This document shows positions 8,982-18,415 of a stretch of DNA of 64,000 nucleotides, piece after piece. A program made the position numbers and the translations under genes. The stretch comes from Alphaproteobacteria bacterium. Its GTDB lineage: Bacteria > Pseudomonadota > Alphaproteobacteria > SMXQ01. The stretch is from positions 43,753 to 107,752 of the forward strand of contig JAYQQF010000011.1 in NCBI GenBank assembly GCA_038145705.1, read 5' to 3'. Each line of letters starts with the position of its first letter. Within the stretch, counting starts at the first letter, position 1. Below the pieces are notes generated by a model that saw nothing but the letters and a program-made list of their open reading frames with translations, had not been told where the DNA came from and did no database searches.

Positions 8982-9890
8982 TCAGGCGGCAGCGTCCCAG
9001 ACGGCGAACCCCATGGCGCAGCCCACCCCTTGCGGGCTGCGGTAGCAGGGTACGTAATCGACCATGGCGCCGCCCGCGCCCGCCGCCGCCGCCGCGATCA
9101 TCCAGTTGCGGATTTCGGAAGTGCCCGCGGTCAGGTCCTCGTCGCGCATGGCGGCCATGAAATCGAGATCGCCCTTTTCCAGCGCGGCGATGAAGTCGCG
9201 GTCGAGCTTCTCGTCGATCTTGGTGTGGCTCAACCCGCCGGAACCGATGAAGACGACGCGCCCTGCCGCCTTCGATGCGCGCGCAGCTGCACCAAGAACC
9301 CGACCGAAGGCGACGCAGCGCGCCGCTGTCGGCGCCGGCGGAAAATAGGTGTTTACCATCACCGGCAGGATCGGCACGTCCGCCTTCGGCAGAACGAATT
9401 CCAGCACGCGCCCGAAGGCATGGCCGAGACCGCCTTCCATCCGCGTCTTTTTCGACCATGACGGATCGAAGCCTGCGGCCATCAGCGCACCCAGCATTTC
9501 CTTTGCCAGTGCGCCATTGGCCTTGTAGTGACGAGACTGGTTTTCGATGGACGTGCCGAAGTACCGGTACTTGCGCGTCGCGTCCACCTCGTCCTCGATA
9601 AAGAGCGTGAACGGCGGCATGTTGTCGTCGAGCATGTTTTCGTGCTGGTCGTCGCCGATGATGACGATAGTGTCGGGCCGCCACGATTCGAGCTTTTCGC
9701 GCAATGTGGCGATGGCGGCCTTGCAGCGGGCTTCGTGGGCGCGCATCGCCTCGGGCGTGATTTCTTCCTCGATCCCTTGTTTGGGACTGAAGGGGCCGCG
9801 CGCGCGGCCCGGAAGTTCCGCCCATTTCTCCGCGGGCGTCAACAATTGCGGGCTATGGGACAGGGCCATGCAGCCGACGATCTTCGCCAT
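8982..9890 (-). CDS. extradiol ring-cleavage dioxygenase, class III, LigB-family catalytic subunit
   Basis: 302 aa, MAKIVGCMALSHSPQLL...GSGGLSH...; LigB/AmnB/DODA family hallmarks. Confidence 0.75.
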   Translation of the reverse strand: MAKIVGCMALSHSPQLLTPAEKWAELPGRARGPFSPKQGIEEEITPEAMRAHEARCKAAIATLREKLESWRPDTIVIIGDDQHENMLDDNMPPFTLFIEDEVDATRKYRYFGTSIENQSRHYKANGALAKEMLGALMAAGFDPSWSKKTRMEGGLGHAFGRVLEFVLPKADVPILPVMVNTYFPPAPTAARCVAFGRVLGAAARASKAAGRVVFIGSGGLSHTKIDEKLDRDFIAALEKGDLDFMAAMRDEDLTAGTSEIRNWMIAAAAAGAGGAMVDYVPCYRSPQGVGCAMGFAVWDAAA

Positions 9891-9995
9891 TCTCTCTTTA
9901 CCTCCCGATGAAGCAACATCACCATGTTCGACAAAATCGACAAAGCGCGATAGTGTTTTCGAAATTTAGAAACGATTTCTGCAGGGAGACGAAAA

Positions 9996-11123
9996 ATGAA
10001 TTTCGCAAAATTCATCGTCGCGATTTCCGCTGTTCTTGGCTTTTTCCCGGGCACCGTCGCCGCGCAGGCACTGGGCGACTGGAATACCGTCCTTGCCAAG
10101 GCAAAGCAGGAGGGAATTGTCGTCGTCCACGGCGCGCCGGGCAAGCGCTATGCCGAGGCCCTGGTCGGCGCCTTCAACAAGAAATATCCCGACATCAAGG
10201 TGCAGTTTTCCGGCGCCTCCAACCGCACCGACGTGCCGAAGCTGTTGCGCGAACGCAAGGCCAACATCTTTGCCTGGGACGTCTGGGTTTCGGGCCCGTC
10301 GACGGCGGTCGGGCGCCTCAAGCCGCTCGGCGTGTTCCAGCCCCTCCAGCCCTTCCTGACCAAGGACACGATGGACGACCGCCACTGGCATGACGGTTTC
10401 GACGCAGGCTGGATGGATATCGAGAAAAAGTTCTTCTATTCCTTCGACGGCACAACCCAGAACCCGATCCAGGTCAATTACGACTTCATCAAGAAGGGCT
10501 CGATCACCTCGATCAAGGACCTGCTGAAGCCGGAATTCGCGGGCAAGATCGTGTGGGACGATCCGCGCTTCAACGGCTCGGGCAACGGCTCGTCGCAAAC
10601 GATATTCGAAAACATGGGCGAGGATTTCCTGCGTCAGCTCTACAAGCAGCAGATCGTCTACACGGCGAACCGCCGCCAGCTTGCCGAGTGGGTCGTACGC
10701 GGGCGTTATCCGATCGGCCTTGGCGTCGGCGAAAACGATCTTACCGTGTTCCAGAATCAGGGCCTTGGCAAGAACGTCGAGCCGCTGCCCGACAGCGCCT
10801 ACAAGGTCCAGCAGCTGAGCTCGGGCTTCGGCGCGCTCGGCATCGTCGACCGCGCGCCGCACCCGAATGCGGCCGCGGTTTATGTCAACTGGCTGTTGAG
10901 CAAGGACGGTCAGGAAGCCTGGGCCGGCGTGCCGCGCAACTCGCGCCGCGTCGACGTGAAGCCCGGCGACCCCAGTCTCGCGCCGCGTCCCGGCATCAAA
11001 TACTTCAACGGCCAGGCGGAGCAGTTCTTCAAGACACGCGCCCGCCTGATGGACATAGCGAAGGAAACCATCACCGCCGAGATGCCGAAGAAAAAGAAGA
11101 AGCGTTCCGAGAAAAAGGAATAG
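9996..11123 (+). CDS. ABC transporter periplasmic substrate-binding protein (family 1), Sec signal peptide, poly-Lys C-terminal tail
   Basis: MNFAKFIVAISAVLGFFPGTVAAQA signal; paralog of 7838 SBP; ends ...EMPKKKKKRSEKKE. Confidence 0.8.
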   Translation: MNFAKFIVAISAVLGFFPGTVAAQALGDWNTVLAKAKQEGIVVVHGAPGKRYAEALVGAFNKKYPDIKVQFSGASNRTDVPKLLRERKANIFAWDVWVSGPSTAVGRLKPLGVFQPLQPFLTKDTMDDRHWHDGFDAGWMDIEKKFFYSFDGTTQNPIQVNYDFIKKGSITSIKDLLKPEFAGKIVWDDPRFNGSGNGSSQTIFENMGEDFLRQLYKQQIVYTANRRQLAEWVVRGRYPIGLGVGENDLTVFQNQGLGKNVEPLPDSAYKVQQLSSGFGALGIVDRAPHPNAAAVYVNWLLSKDGQEAWAGVPRNSRRVDVKPGDPSLAPRPGIKYFNGQAEQFFKTRARLMDIAKETITAEMPKKKKKRSEKKE

Positions 11124-11135
11124 TCACGGCGCAAC

Positions 11136-12227
11136 ATGAGCAACCCGATCATTGAAATAGAGGGCCTCGGCAAATCCTTCGGCAGCGTGCGCGCGCTCGA
11201 CGGCGTCGGCTTTGCCATCGCCAAGGGCGAGGTCTTCACGCTGCTCGGCCCGTCGGGCTGCGGCAAATCGACCACCCTGCGCATCGTCGCCGGACTGGAA
11301 GATGCCAGCGAAGGCGAGATCCGCCTGTCGGGGCGCACTATTTATTCCTCGACACGGCGCATCAACCTGCCGCCGGAAAAGCGCAACATGGGCATGGTGT
11401 TCCAGTCCTACGCCATCTGGCCGCACATGACAGTGGCAGAAAACGTGGGCTACCCGCTGAAACTCCGTCGCCTGCCCGCGGCGGAAATCCGCGACCGCGT
11501 CGCCCGCGCCCTCAAGGCGGTCGAACTGGAGGCACAGGCCGACCGCGACGCACCGAAACTGTCTGGCGGGCAGCAGCAGCGTGTGGCGCTGGCGCGCGCG
11601 CTGGTCTACGAGCCGGAAGTGCTGCTGCTGGACGAACCGCTGTCGAACCTCGACGTCAAGCTGCGCGAGCAGATGCGCTTCGAGCTGAAACTTCTGCAGG
11701 AACGGCTCAACCTCACCATCATCTACGTCACCCACGACCAGTCGGAAGCGCTGAGCCTGTCGGATCGCATCGCACTGATGAACTTCGGCAGGATCGAACA
11801 GGTCGGCACCCCGTTCGAGCTGTATGAAAAGCCGAAGACGGAATTCGTGCGCGACTTCCTCGGCAAGACCATCACCCTGTCGGGCCGCCTTATCGATGTC
11901 GAAGGCGGCCGCGCGCGCATCGCCCTTCCCGGCACCTCGGGACCGCTGTCCTGCCCTGCGGGCGAGCGCACCTTGCCGTCTGCGGGCAGCGATATCGTCG
12001 TCGCCATACGGCCCGAACGGGTCCGCCTCGTTCTCGACGGGCAGGCGCCGACAAACCTCCAGGGGCGCATCGAGACCGTGCTTTACCAGGGCGAGCGGAC
12101 GGAATGCCTGGTGCGCGTCGGCGAGCAGATCGTCACCGTCTACGGGCCGCCCGAGACGGCCGGGCTGCGCCAGCGCGACGTTGCCCTCCTTCTGCCGGAA
12201 GAGGCGATCAGCCTGTGGCCGAGATAG
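11136..12227 (+). CDS. ABC transporter ATP-binding protein (FbpC/PotA-like)
   Basis: Walker A GPSGCGKST, LSGGQQQRVALARAL, Walker B LLLDEP, C-terminal TOBE domain; paralog of 5217..6329. Confidence 0.9.
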   Translation: MSNPIIEIEGLGKSFGSVRALDGVGFAIAKGEVFTLLGPSGCGKSTTLRIVAGLEDASEGEIRLSGRTIYSSTRRINLPPEKRNMGMVFQSYAIWPHMTVAENVGYPLKLRRLPAAEIRDRVARALKAVELEAQADRDAPKLSGGQQQRVALARALVYEPEVLLLDEPLSNLDVKLREQMRFELKLLQERLNLTIIYVTHDQSEALSLSDRIALMNFGRIEQVGTPFELYEKPKTEFVRDFLGKTITLSGRLIDVEGGRARIALPGTSGPLSCPAGERTLPSAGSDIVVAIRPERVRLVLDGQAPTNLQGRIETVLYQGERTECLVRVGEQIVTVYGPPETAGLRQRDVALLLPEEAISLWPR

Positions 12228-13942
12228 CCTTGCCAGAAGCGGGCTCGCGCGCCCGCCGCCTCTTTGAATTCCGCACGCTGCTGTTCGCGGCGGTGCTGCT
12301 GACGACGCTGTTCCTCGTCCTCTATCCCGTCGTCCTGATCGTCTTTTACAGTTTTTCCGCAGCGGAAACCGGCGCCGATTTCGTCTTCGGGCTGGACGCC
12401 TGGCAGCGCGCCCTGCGCGAGCCGGCGATGTTCGGCACCATCATCAATACCGTGAAGCTGCTGGTCGCCATCAACCTGATTTCCTTTCCCGTCGCCATCG
12501 TCATTTCATGGGTGCTGGCTCGCACGGATATCCCGTGGCGCGGCGGGCTGGAGTTCATGTTCTGGATTTCGTTCTTCCTGCCGTCGCTCTCGGTGACGCT
12601 CGGCTGGATCATGTGCCTTGACCCCGAATACGGGCTCTTGAACAAGCTGGTGATGTTCATCTTCCCCTTCATCGAGGAAGCGCCGTTCAACATCTATTCG
12701 TTCTGGGGCATCGTGTGGGCGCATCTCGGCGCCAATGCCATCGCGGTCAAGGTGATGCTGCTGACGCCGACCTTCCGCAACATCGATTCCTCGCTCGAGG
12801 AAGCTTCGCGGGTGGCAGGCGCCGGCCGTCTCGGCACCCTTGCGCGTATCGTCGTGCCCGCCATGGCGCCGGCGCTGATCGCCATCCTGCTGATGGCGAT
12901 GATCCGCGCCATGCAGTCCTTCGAAATCGAGTTGGTTCTGGGACCGGCGTTCCAGTTCTACGTCTATTCGACGAAGGTCTATACCCTGATCGCGCAGGAG
13001 CCGCCGGAATTCGGCTCCGCCTCCGCGCTTGCAACGCTGGGCCTCGCCGCCATCCTGCCGCTGATCTTCGCCCAGCGCTGGATCACCTCGCGCCGCCAGT
13101 ACGCGACGCTGACAGGCAAGCTGCAGACCCAGCCCGTCCGGCTCGGGCCGTGGCGTATACCGGTATTCCTCGCCGTGCTCACGGTCGTGCTGCTGCTGAC
13201 CGTGGTGCCGCTGGTCTTCGTCGGGCTGGCCTCGACCATGAAGCTGTTCGGCTTCTTCAACATTCCCGATCCCTACACCTTCGATCACTGGGTCACGGTG
13301 CTGACCGACGAAACCTTCGGTCAGTCGGTGACGAACACGCTGGGCATGGCGGGCGGGGCCGGAATCCTGTCGGTCGTGCTTTTCTCGCTGGTCGCCTATT
13401 TCACCGTACGCACCACTTTCAAGGCGCGCGCCGTTCTCGACTTCGTGTCCTGGCTGCCCTTCGCTGTCCCCGGCATCCTGTTCGGCGTCGGCCTCTTGTT
13501 CGTGTTCCTGGAATCGCCGCTGTTCCGGCCGCTTTACGGCACCATGTGGCTGCTGATCCTTGCCACCGTCATCAGTTCGATGACGCTCGGCGTCCAGATC
13601 ATCAAGTCGAACATGATGCAGCTCGGCAACGAGCTGGAAGAAGCCTCGCGCGTCGCAGGCGCTACCTGGTGGCATACCTTTACCCGCGTCGTGCTGCCGA
13701 TCATGGTGCCGGTGCTGCTGCTGGTCGGCATCATGAACTTCATTTCGGCGGCGCGCGACATCGCCTCGGTGGCGCTGGTGGCGACGGCGGAAACCAAGAC
13801 CCTCGCCCTTCTGCAGCTCGACTACATGGTGGAGGGCCGCTACGAGGCGGCCTCGGTCGCATCCTTCGTCGTCATCGTCCTGTCGACGGGGATCGCCCTT
13901 CTCGCCCGCGCGCTTGGCTTGCGCATCGGCATTCGCAACTAG
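12215..13942 (+). CDS. ABC transporter permease, fused two-domain (FbpB-like)
   Basis: ORF 12104..13942; GTG at 12215 gives (M)AEIALPEAGSRARRL, mirroring MAEVGITPAAKPGFLRRL of paralog 3496..5229, with the same 13-nt overlap with the ATPase stop. Confidence 0.75.
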   Translation: MAEIALPEAGSRARRLFEFRTLLFAAVLLTTLFLVLYPVVLIVFYSFSAAETGADFVFGLDAWQRALREPAMFGTIINTVKLLVAINLISFPVAIVISWVLARTDIPWRGGLEFMFWISFFLPSLSVTLGWIMCLDPEYGLLNKLVMFIFPFIEEAPFNIYSFWGIVWAHLGANAIAVKVMLLTPTFRNIDSSLEEASRVAGAGRLGTLARIVVPAMAPALIAILLMAMIRAMQSFEIELVLGPAFQFYVYSTKVYTLIAQEPPEFGSASALATLGLAAILPLIFAQRWITSRRQYATLTGKLQTQPVRLGPWRIPVFLAVLTVVLLLTVVPLVFVGLASTMKLFGFFNIPDPYTFDHWVTVLTDETFGQSVTNTLGMAGGAGILSVVLFSLVAYFTVRTTFKARAVLDFVSWLPFAVPGILFGVGLLFVFLESPLFRPLYGTMWLLILATVISSMTLGVQIIKSNMMQLGNELEEASRVAGATWWHTFTRVVLPIMVPVLLLVGIMNFISAARDIASVALVATAETKTLALLQLDYMVEGRYEAASVASFVVIVLSTGIALLARALGLRIGIRN

Positions 13943-14925
13943 GTATCGCGGAACTCCGGCAGAAACAGGTCATCGACGGGGATTTCCCTGTCGGTAAAGC
14001 CCTGCTCGTGCATGTAGCGCACCAGCGTCGCCAGAGTCTTGCGGTTGGCGGCGAGACCATAGGGCCATGGATCGCTGCCGAACAGGCGCTCGATCTCCGC
14101 CAGATCGTCGAGCAGCCACGGCAGCATCACGTGCTGGCCGTTCTGGGAGGCAAGCCTTCGCCGCGCCTCGGCCTTGGCGCGCCCGCAGGCGTCAAAAAAA
14201 CGCGCCGCCAGCCACGGGTTGGCCTCGTGCATGGCGCGGCGAATAACGACGAGATGCATGATCGGGAAAATTCCGGTGCGGCGGAAATAGTCGGCCTCGC
14301 GCGCCCGGAAATCGGGGAAGAGCCGCACGATTTCGGGATGCGCCGCGACCGCTTCGTCAACGAAGGTACCGAGAATGGCGTCGATTTCCCCCGCCGCCAG
14401 CAGTTCGGCCAGGGAACGCCCGCTGTCGTTCGCCTCGATCGCGGGCGGATGGCGCATGGGGCTTGCCGACGGATCGCCATGCCCGCCCGGCTGCATGACG
14501 GAACCTTCGATCCAGCGGAAGCTCGCGCAATCGACGCCGTATTCATCGGCAAGCATGCCGCGAATCCAGATCGCCGCGGTCTGGGTATAGAGCGGCACGC
14601 CGACGCGCCGGCCTTCCAGATCGCGGGGCTCGCGCACCGGGCCGTCCCTGCGCACGCAGATGAAGCCGTGGCGGAACATCCGCGACGGGAAAACCGGCAA
14701 CGCGACGAAGGGTTCCTTTCCCCAGTCGCGCAGCGCAATGAACTCGGAGCAGGAGAATTCGGACACGTCGAAGTCATCGCCGCCCGCCAGCCGGTCGAAA
14801 ATGAGCCGCGGCGGCCACATGGTCTCGCCCGCGATCTCGACCCCTTCGATACGCACGGAGCCGTCATGCAACCCCTCGAACCTGTCGTAGGGCCCGGAAG
14901 CGAAGTTCAGGCGAAGCGGCGGCAT
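13939..14925 (-). CDS. 4,5-dihydroxyphthalate decarboxylase-like protein (PhtD-like, PBP/NMT1 fold), paralog 1
   Basis: 328 aa, no signal peptide; conserved PVFPSRMFRH and GEIDA blocks shared with paralogs at 35064 and 37855; family assignment from recall, not searched. Confidence 0.5.
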   Translation of the reverse strand: MPPLRLNFASGPYDRFEGLHDGSVRIEGVEIAGETMWPPRLIFDRLAGGDDFDVSEFSCSEFIALRDWGKEPFVALPVFPSRMFRHGFICVRRDGPVREPRDLEGRRVGVPLYTQTAAIWIRGMLADEYGVDCASFRWIEGSVMQPGGHGDPSASPMRHPPAIEANDSGRSLAELLAAGEIDAILGTFVDEAVAAHPEIVRLFPDFRAREADYFRRTGIFPIMHLVVIRRAMHEANPWLAARFFDACGRAKAEARRRLASQNGQHVMLPWLLDDLAEIERLFGSDPWPYGLAANRKTLATLVRYMHEQGFTDREIPVDDLFLPEFRDT

Positions 14926-15013
14926 CGGCGGCGGTACTCCCTGTTGGCGGCGCCAGCATAAGGGCGCGCGCCGCTGCTTGCCAGCGGGAGGGGCGCTGGA
15001 CTAGGCTGCCCCC

Positions 15014-15883
15014 ATGTCCCTGACCGCAGCCAGCAACGCCGACGCCCCCTTCTCGATCGAGCCCATCGGGCCGACCATCGGGGCGGAGATTCACGGCCTC
15101 GACCTCCGCCAGCCGCTCAATGGGGCCACCTTCGCGGCACTTGAGGCGGCGCTGATCGAACAGAAGGTCATCTACCTGCGCGACCAGGCCATGACCACCG
15201 CCGAGCACGTCGCCTTCGGCCGTCGCTTCGGCGACCTGGAAGTTCATCCCTTCCGCCCGGAAGGCGAATTTCCGGAAATCATGGTGCTGGACAACCACAA
15301 GGACAACCCGGTGCTGTCCACCGACGTCTGGCATTCGGACACCACGTTCCGCGAATGCCCGACCAAGTATTCGATCCTGCGCTGCCTGCGCATGCCCGCC
15401 GTCGGCGGCGATACCCTGTGGGCGGACATGTGCGCGGCCTATGACGGGCTCAGCCCCGCCATCAGGAAGCTGATCGACGGCCTCGAAGCCGTCCACGATT
15501 TCCAGAATTTCCGCGCGCTTTACGGCAAGGACGAAGAGAGCCAGAAGAAGCTGCGCCGGATGGAAGAGCTTTACCCGAACCCGACCCATCCCGTGGTGCG
15601 CACGCATCCCGTGAACGGGCGCAAGGTGCTCTACGTCAATCCGCAGTTCACGCTTTACATCAAGGGCATGAACGAGGGCGAGAGCAAGGCCCTGCTGGAA
15701 TTGCTCTACGAGCAGACCCACGTGCCGGAATACCAGTTCCGCCTGCGCTGGCGGCCGGGCACCATCGTGCTGTGGGACAACACGTCGACCCAGCACTACG
15801 CGGCCAACGACTATTATCCGAACCGCCGCACCATGGAGCGCGTCGCCGTCATCGGCGACAGGCCCTTCTACCGGCCGTCCTGA
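15014..15883 (+). CDS. TauD/TfdA-family Fe(II)/2-oxoglutarate-dependent dioxygenase
   Basis: 289 aa; HxD...H facial triad context (VWHSDTTF, RVAVIGDRPFY), typical taurine dioxygenase-like length. Confidence 0.75.
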   Translation: MSLTAASNADAPFSIEPIGPTIGAEIHGLDLRQPLNGATFAALEAALIEQKVIYLRDQAMTTAEHVAFGRRFGDLEVHPFRPEGEFPEIMVLDNHKDNPVLSTDVWHSDTTFRECPTKYSILRCLRMPAVGGDTLWADMCAAYDGLSPAIRKLIDGLEAVHDFQNFRALYGKDEESQKKLRRMEELYPNPTHPVVRTHPVNGRKVLYVNPQFTLYIKGMNEGESKALLELLYEQTHVPEYQFRLRWRPGTIVLWDNTSTQHYAANDYYPNRRTMERVAVIGDRPFYRPS

Positions 15884-15892
15884 CTTCCGGTT

Positions 15893-16669
15893 CTAGCGCT
15901 GTCGCAGGGGCACGCGTTCGCGGGCAAACAGCGGGTTGCCCGCGCCTTCGGCGCGGGCGAGCTTGCGGCAGTAATAATCGTAGAGAACCTGTCCGCCGAC
16001 GATGGCCGGATCGAGCTGGGTGCCTTCTTCCAGCTTGTGGGCCAGTTCGCTTTCCGGCGGCGTCGTGAACTTCAGGTTCGAGCCGTTGATGATCAGACTT
16101 TCCTGGCACATTTTCTCGACGGCGATGGCAATCAGCACCGGGTCCTTGATCGTCGGGCCACAGGTGACCAGCCCGTGGTTGCGCAGCAGCACCGCGTGGT
16201 GGGGACCCATGACCTCGACCATTTCGCACGCCATTTCCTGGGTGCCGACCAGGCCCGAGGAATCTTCGAAGCGCGGCGTGCGCAGGGGCTGCGTCGTTGC
16301 CCGCGGCACGATGGTGGCAAGCGGCTCTTCCGATGCCGAATAAATGGACGCATAGAACGGATGGGTGTGCGCGGTGGCGTCGATATCGGGGCGCAGGCGC
16401 ATCAGCTCCGAATGGATTGGCCATTCGCCGTGCGGCTTGCCGTCGCCCGCGAGCTGGCGGCCCTCGAAGTCGAGCAGCACGAAATCGCGGCGATCGACCA
16501 CCTCGCCGAGAGCGATGCCGGCGCGCTTCATCCACAAGCCACGGCCTTCGGGGTCGCGCAGCGCCATGTGGCCGACGACTCGGTCGCCATGGCCTTCGAG
16601 CTCCAGCACCCGGCAGGCCCGCGCCAGTTCATCGAGATCTGCGGCGAGCGCGTTGCTCATCTCGGCCAT
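15893..16669 (-). CDS. class II aldolase/adducin family protein (paralog of 698..1456)
   Basis: ORF 15893..16768 trimmed to MAEMSNALAADLDELARACRVLELEGHGD...; HTHP metal site. Confidence 0.75.
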   Translation of the reverse strand: MAEMSNALAADLDELARACRVLELEGHGDRVVGHMALRDPEGRGLWMKRAGIALGEVVDRRDFVLLDFEGRQLAGDGKPHGEWPIHSELMRLRPDIDATAHTHPFYASIYSASEEPLATIVPRATTQPLRTPRFEDSSGLVGTQEMACEMVEVMGPHHAVLLRNHGLVTCGPTIKDPVLIAIAVEKMCQESLIINGSNLKFTTPPESELAHKLEEGTQLDPAIVGGQVLYDYYCRKLARAEGAGNPLFARERVPLRQR

Positions 16670-16782
16670 CGGTGTCTCTCCTCCATTTTCCGACCCGCAC
16701 GCTAGCGGCGGGGGCCGGACCTGTCCAGTGCGGCGGTTTGCCGCGAACGAAGGCTGGGATATGCTCATCAGGCAGGGAGAAA

Positions 16783-18375
16783 ATGACCAAAAAACCCAAC
16801 TTCGTTCTGTTCATCACCGACCAGCACCGGGCCGATCACCTCGGCTGCTACGGCAATAAACTGCTGCGCACGCCCGCCATCGACGCGCTCGCGGCGCGCG
16901 GCACGCGCTTCGACAATTTCCATGTCGCCAGCCCCGTCTGCATGCCCAACCGCGCCTCCCTGATGACGGGACGGATGCCGTCGCTGCATGGCGTGCGGCA
17001 CAACGGCATTCCGCTCTCCTTCGAGCACGTCACCTTCGTCGAACTGCTGGCTGCGGCAGGCTATGCAACGGCGCTCGCCGGCAAGTCGCACCTGCAGAAC
17101 TTCACCGGCCGGGCGCCCAATTTCGATTTCAAGGAACGCCCCGGCTACGCCGCCCCGCCGCCCGACCTGCGCGAAGCGGACAGGCGCCAGCGCCGGGGCG
17201 CGCCATACGAATCGGAAAACGACGCGCTCTGGCGCGAGGGCGGCCACGGGGTGGCGCTGCCTTTTTACGGCTTCGCCCGCGCCGATATCTGCACCGGCCA
17301 CGGCGACCAGGTCGGCGGCGATTACCGCAACTGGCTGGCCGCACGCCACCCCGACCCCGACAGCCTGACCGGTCCCGCCAATGCCCTGCCCGCAGGCAAC
17401 CGTAAAGCGCCGCAGTGCTGGCGCACCCGCGTGCCCGAGGAACTTTACCCGACGGCCTATGTCGAGGACCGCGCCGCGGATTTCCTGCGCATCCATGCCA
17501 CAGCGGACGATGGACGACCGTTCTTTCTGCAGGTGTCCTTTCCCGACCCCCATCATCCGTTCACGCCGCCCGGCCGGTTCTGGGACATGTATGATCCGCG
17601 CGATATCGAATTGCCCGAAAATTTCTCCTCGGGCGACGTGGCACCGCTCAAGCATTTGCGCGCCGAACTTGCCGCGGGCAGCGCCGTGCGCGACCAGCCG
17701 ACCCTGCCTTGGGCGGCGACGGAAGATGAAGCGCGCGTCATCATCGCCGCCACCTACGGCATGATCGCCATGGTAGACGAAGCCATCGGCCGCCTGACGG
17801 CGCTGATCAACGAGCTTGGCTTCGGCGACGACACGGTAGTGATGTTCACCGCCGATCACGGCGATTACATGGGCGATCACGGGCTGATGACCAAGTACCT
17901 GCTGCACTACCGCAGCCTGACGCGGGTGCCGTTCATCGTTGCCGATCCGGGCCGCAAGGCCGGCGACACGCGTGGCGATCTCGCCTCCACCCTCGACATT
18001 CCGGCCTCGATCCTTGGCCGCGCCGGTCTGCAGCCGTTCAACGGATTGCAGGGGCGCGATCTGTTCGACGGTGCCGTGGGCGCGCCGGACAGCCTGTTGA
18101 TCGAGGAGGACGCCTCGCTGCCGATGTTCGGAGAAAACAGTCGCGAGCGCGTGCGCACGCTGGTCACGGGCCGCTGGCGGCTGACGCACCATCAGGGGGC
18201 AGTCCCGGATGCCGCGTGGTGGGAGCTTTACGACCTCGCGATCGATCCCGGCGAAAGCCGCAATCTGTGGAATGATCCATCAGCCCAACAAGTCGCCCGC
18301 GAGCTGATGGCGCGCATGATCGCGCGCATGACCGAACTGCAGGACACGAGCCCGCTGCCCACGGGCCGTGCCTGA
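16783..18375 (+). CDS. Cys-type sulfatase (arylsulfatase family, formylglycine-dependent)
   Basis: ORF 16297..18375 trimmed to ATG 16783 (RBS AGGGAGA): MTKKPNFVLFITDQHRADHLGCYGN...; CMPNRASLMTGR = CxPxR FGly motif; FTADHGD metal site. Confidence 0.8.
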   Translation: MTKKPNFVLFITDQHRADHLGCYGNKLLRTPAIDALAARGTRFDNFHVASPVCMPNRASLMTGRMPSLHGVRHNGIPLSFEHVTFVELLAAAGYATALAGKSHLQNFTGRAPNFDFKERPGYAAPPPDLREADRRQRRGAPYESENDALWREGGHGVALPFYGFARADICTGHGDQVGGDYRNWLAARHPDPDSLTGPANALPAGNRKAPQCWRTRVPEELYPTAYVEDRAADFLRIHATADDGRPFFLQVSFPDPHHPFTPPGRFWDMYDPRDIELPENFSSGDVAPLKHLRAELAAGSAVRDQPTLPWAATEDEARVIIAATYGMIAMVDEAIGRLTALINELGFGDDTVVMFTADHGDYMGDHGLMTKYLLHYRSLTRVPFIVADPGRKAGDTRGDLASTLDIPASILGRAGLQPFNGLQGRDLFDGAVGAPDSLLIEEDASLPMFGENSRERVRTLVTGRWRLTHHQGAVPDAAWWELYDLAIDPGESRNLWNDPSAQQVARELMARMIARMTELQDTSPLPTGRA

Positions 18376-18415
18376 AAAACAAGAAGGGCGTCGAACACCA
18401 GAGGGGGAGCCGCTC

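Noticed and set aside
12104-12214. ATG at 12104 as permease start (124-nt overlap with ATPase)
   Set aside because: GTG at 12215 reproduces both the N-terminal sequence (MAE...) and the 13-nt overlap geometry of the paralogous operon at 5217/5229; a 124-nt overlap is implausible.
14926-15013. TGGCG-g-CGCCA palindrome in the PhtD-like/TauD divergent spacer as an operator
   Set aside because: Short GC-only palindromes of this kind occur by chance at appreciable frequency in 66% GC DNA; there is no supporting repeat or second half-site, so it is not reported as a feature.
16297-16782. Long N-terminal extension of the sulfatase ORF (starting 16297)
   Set aside because: It overlaps the class II aldolase on the opposite strand and is Arg-rich nonsense; ATG at 16783 follows an AGGGAGA SD and gives the canonical sulfatase N-terminus.
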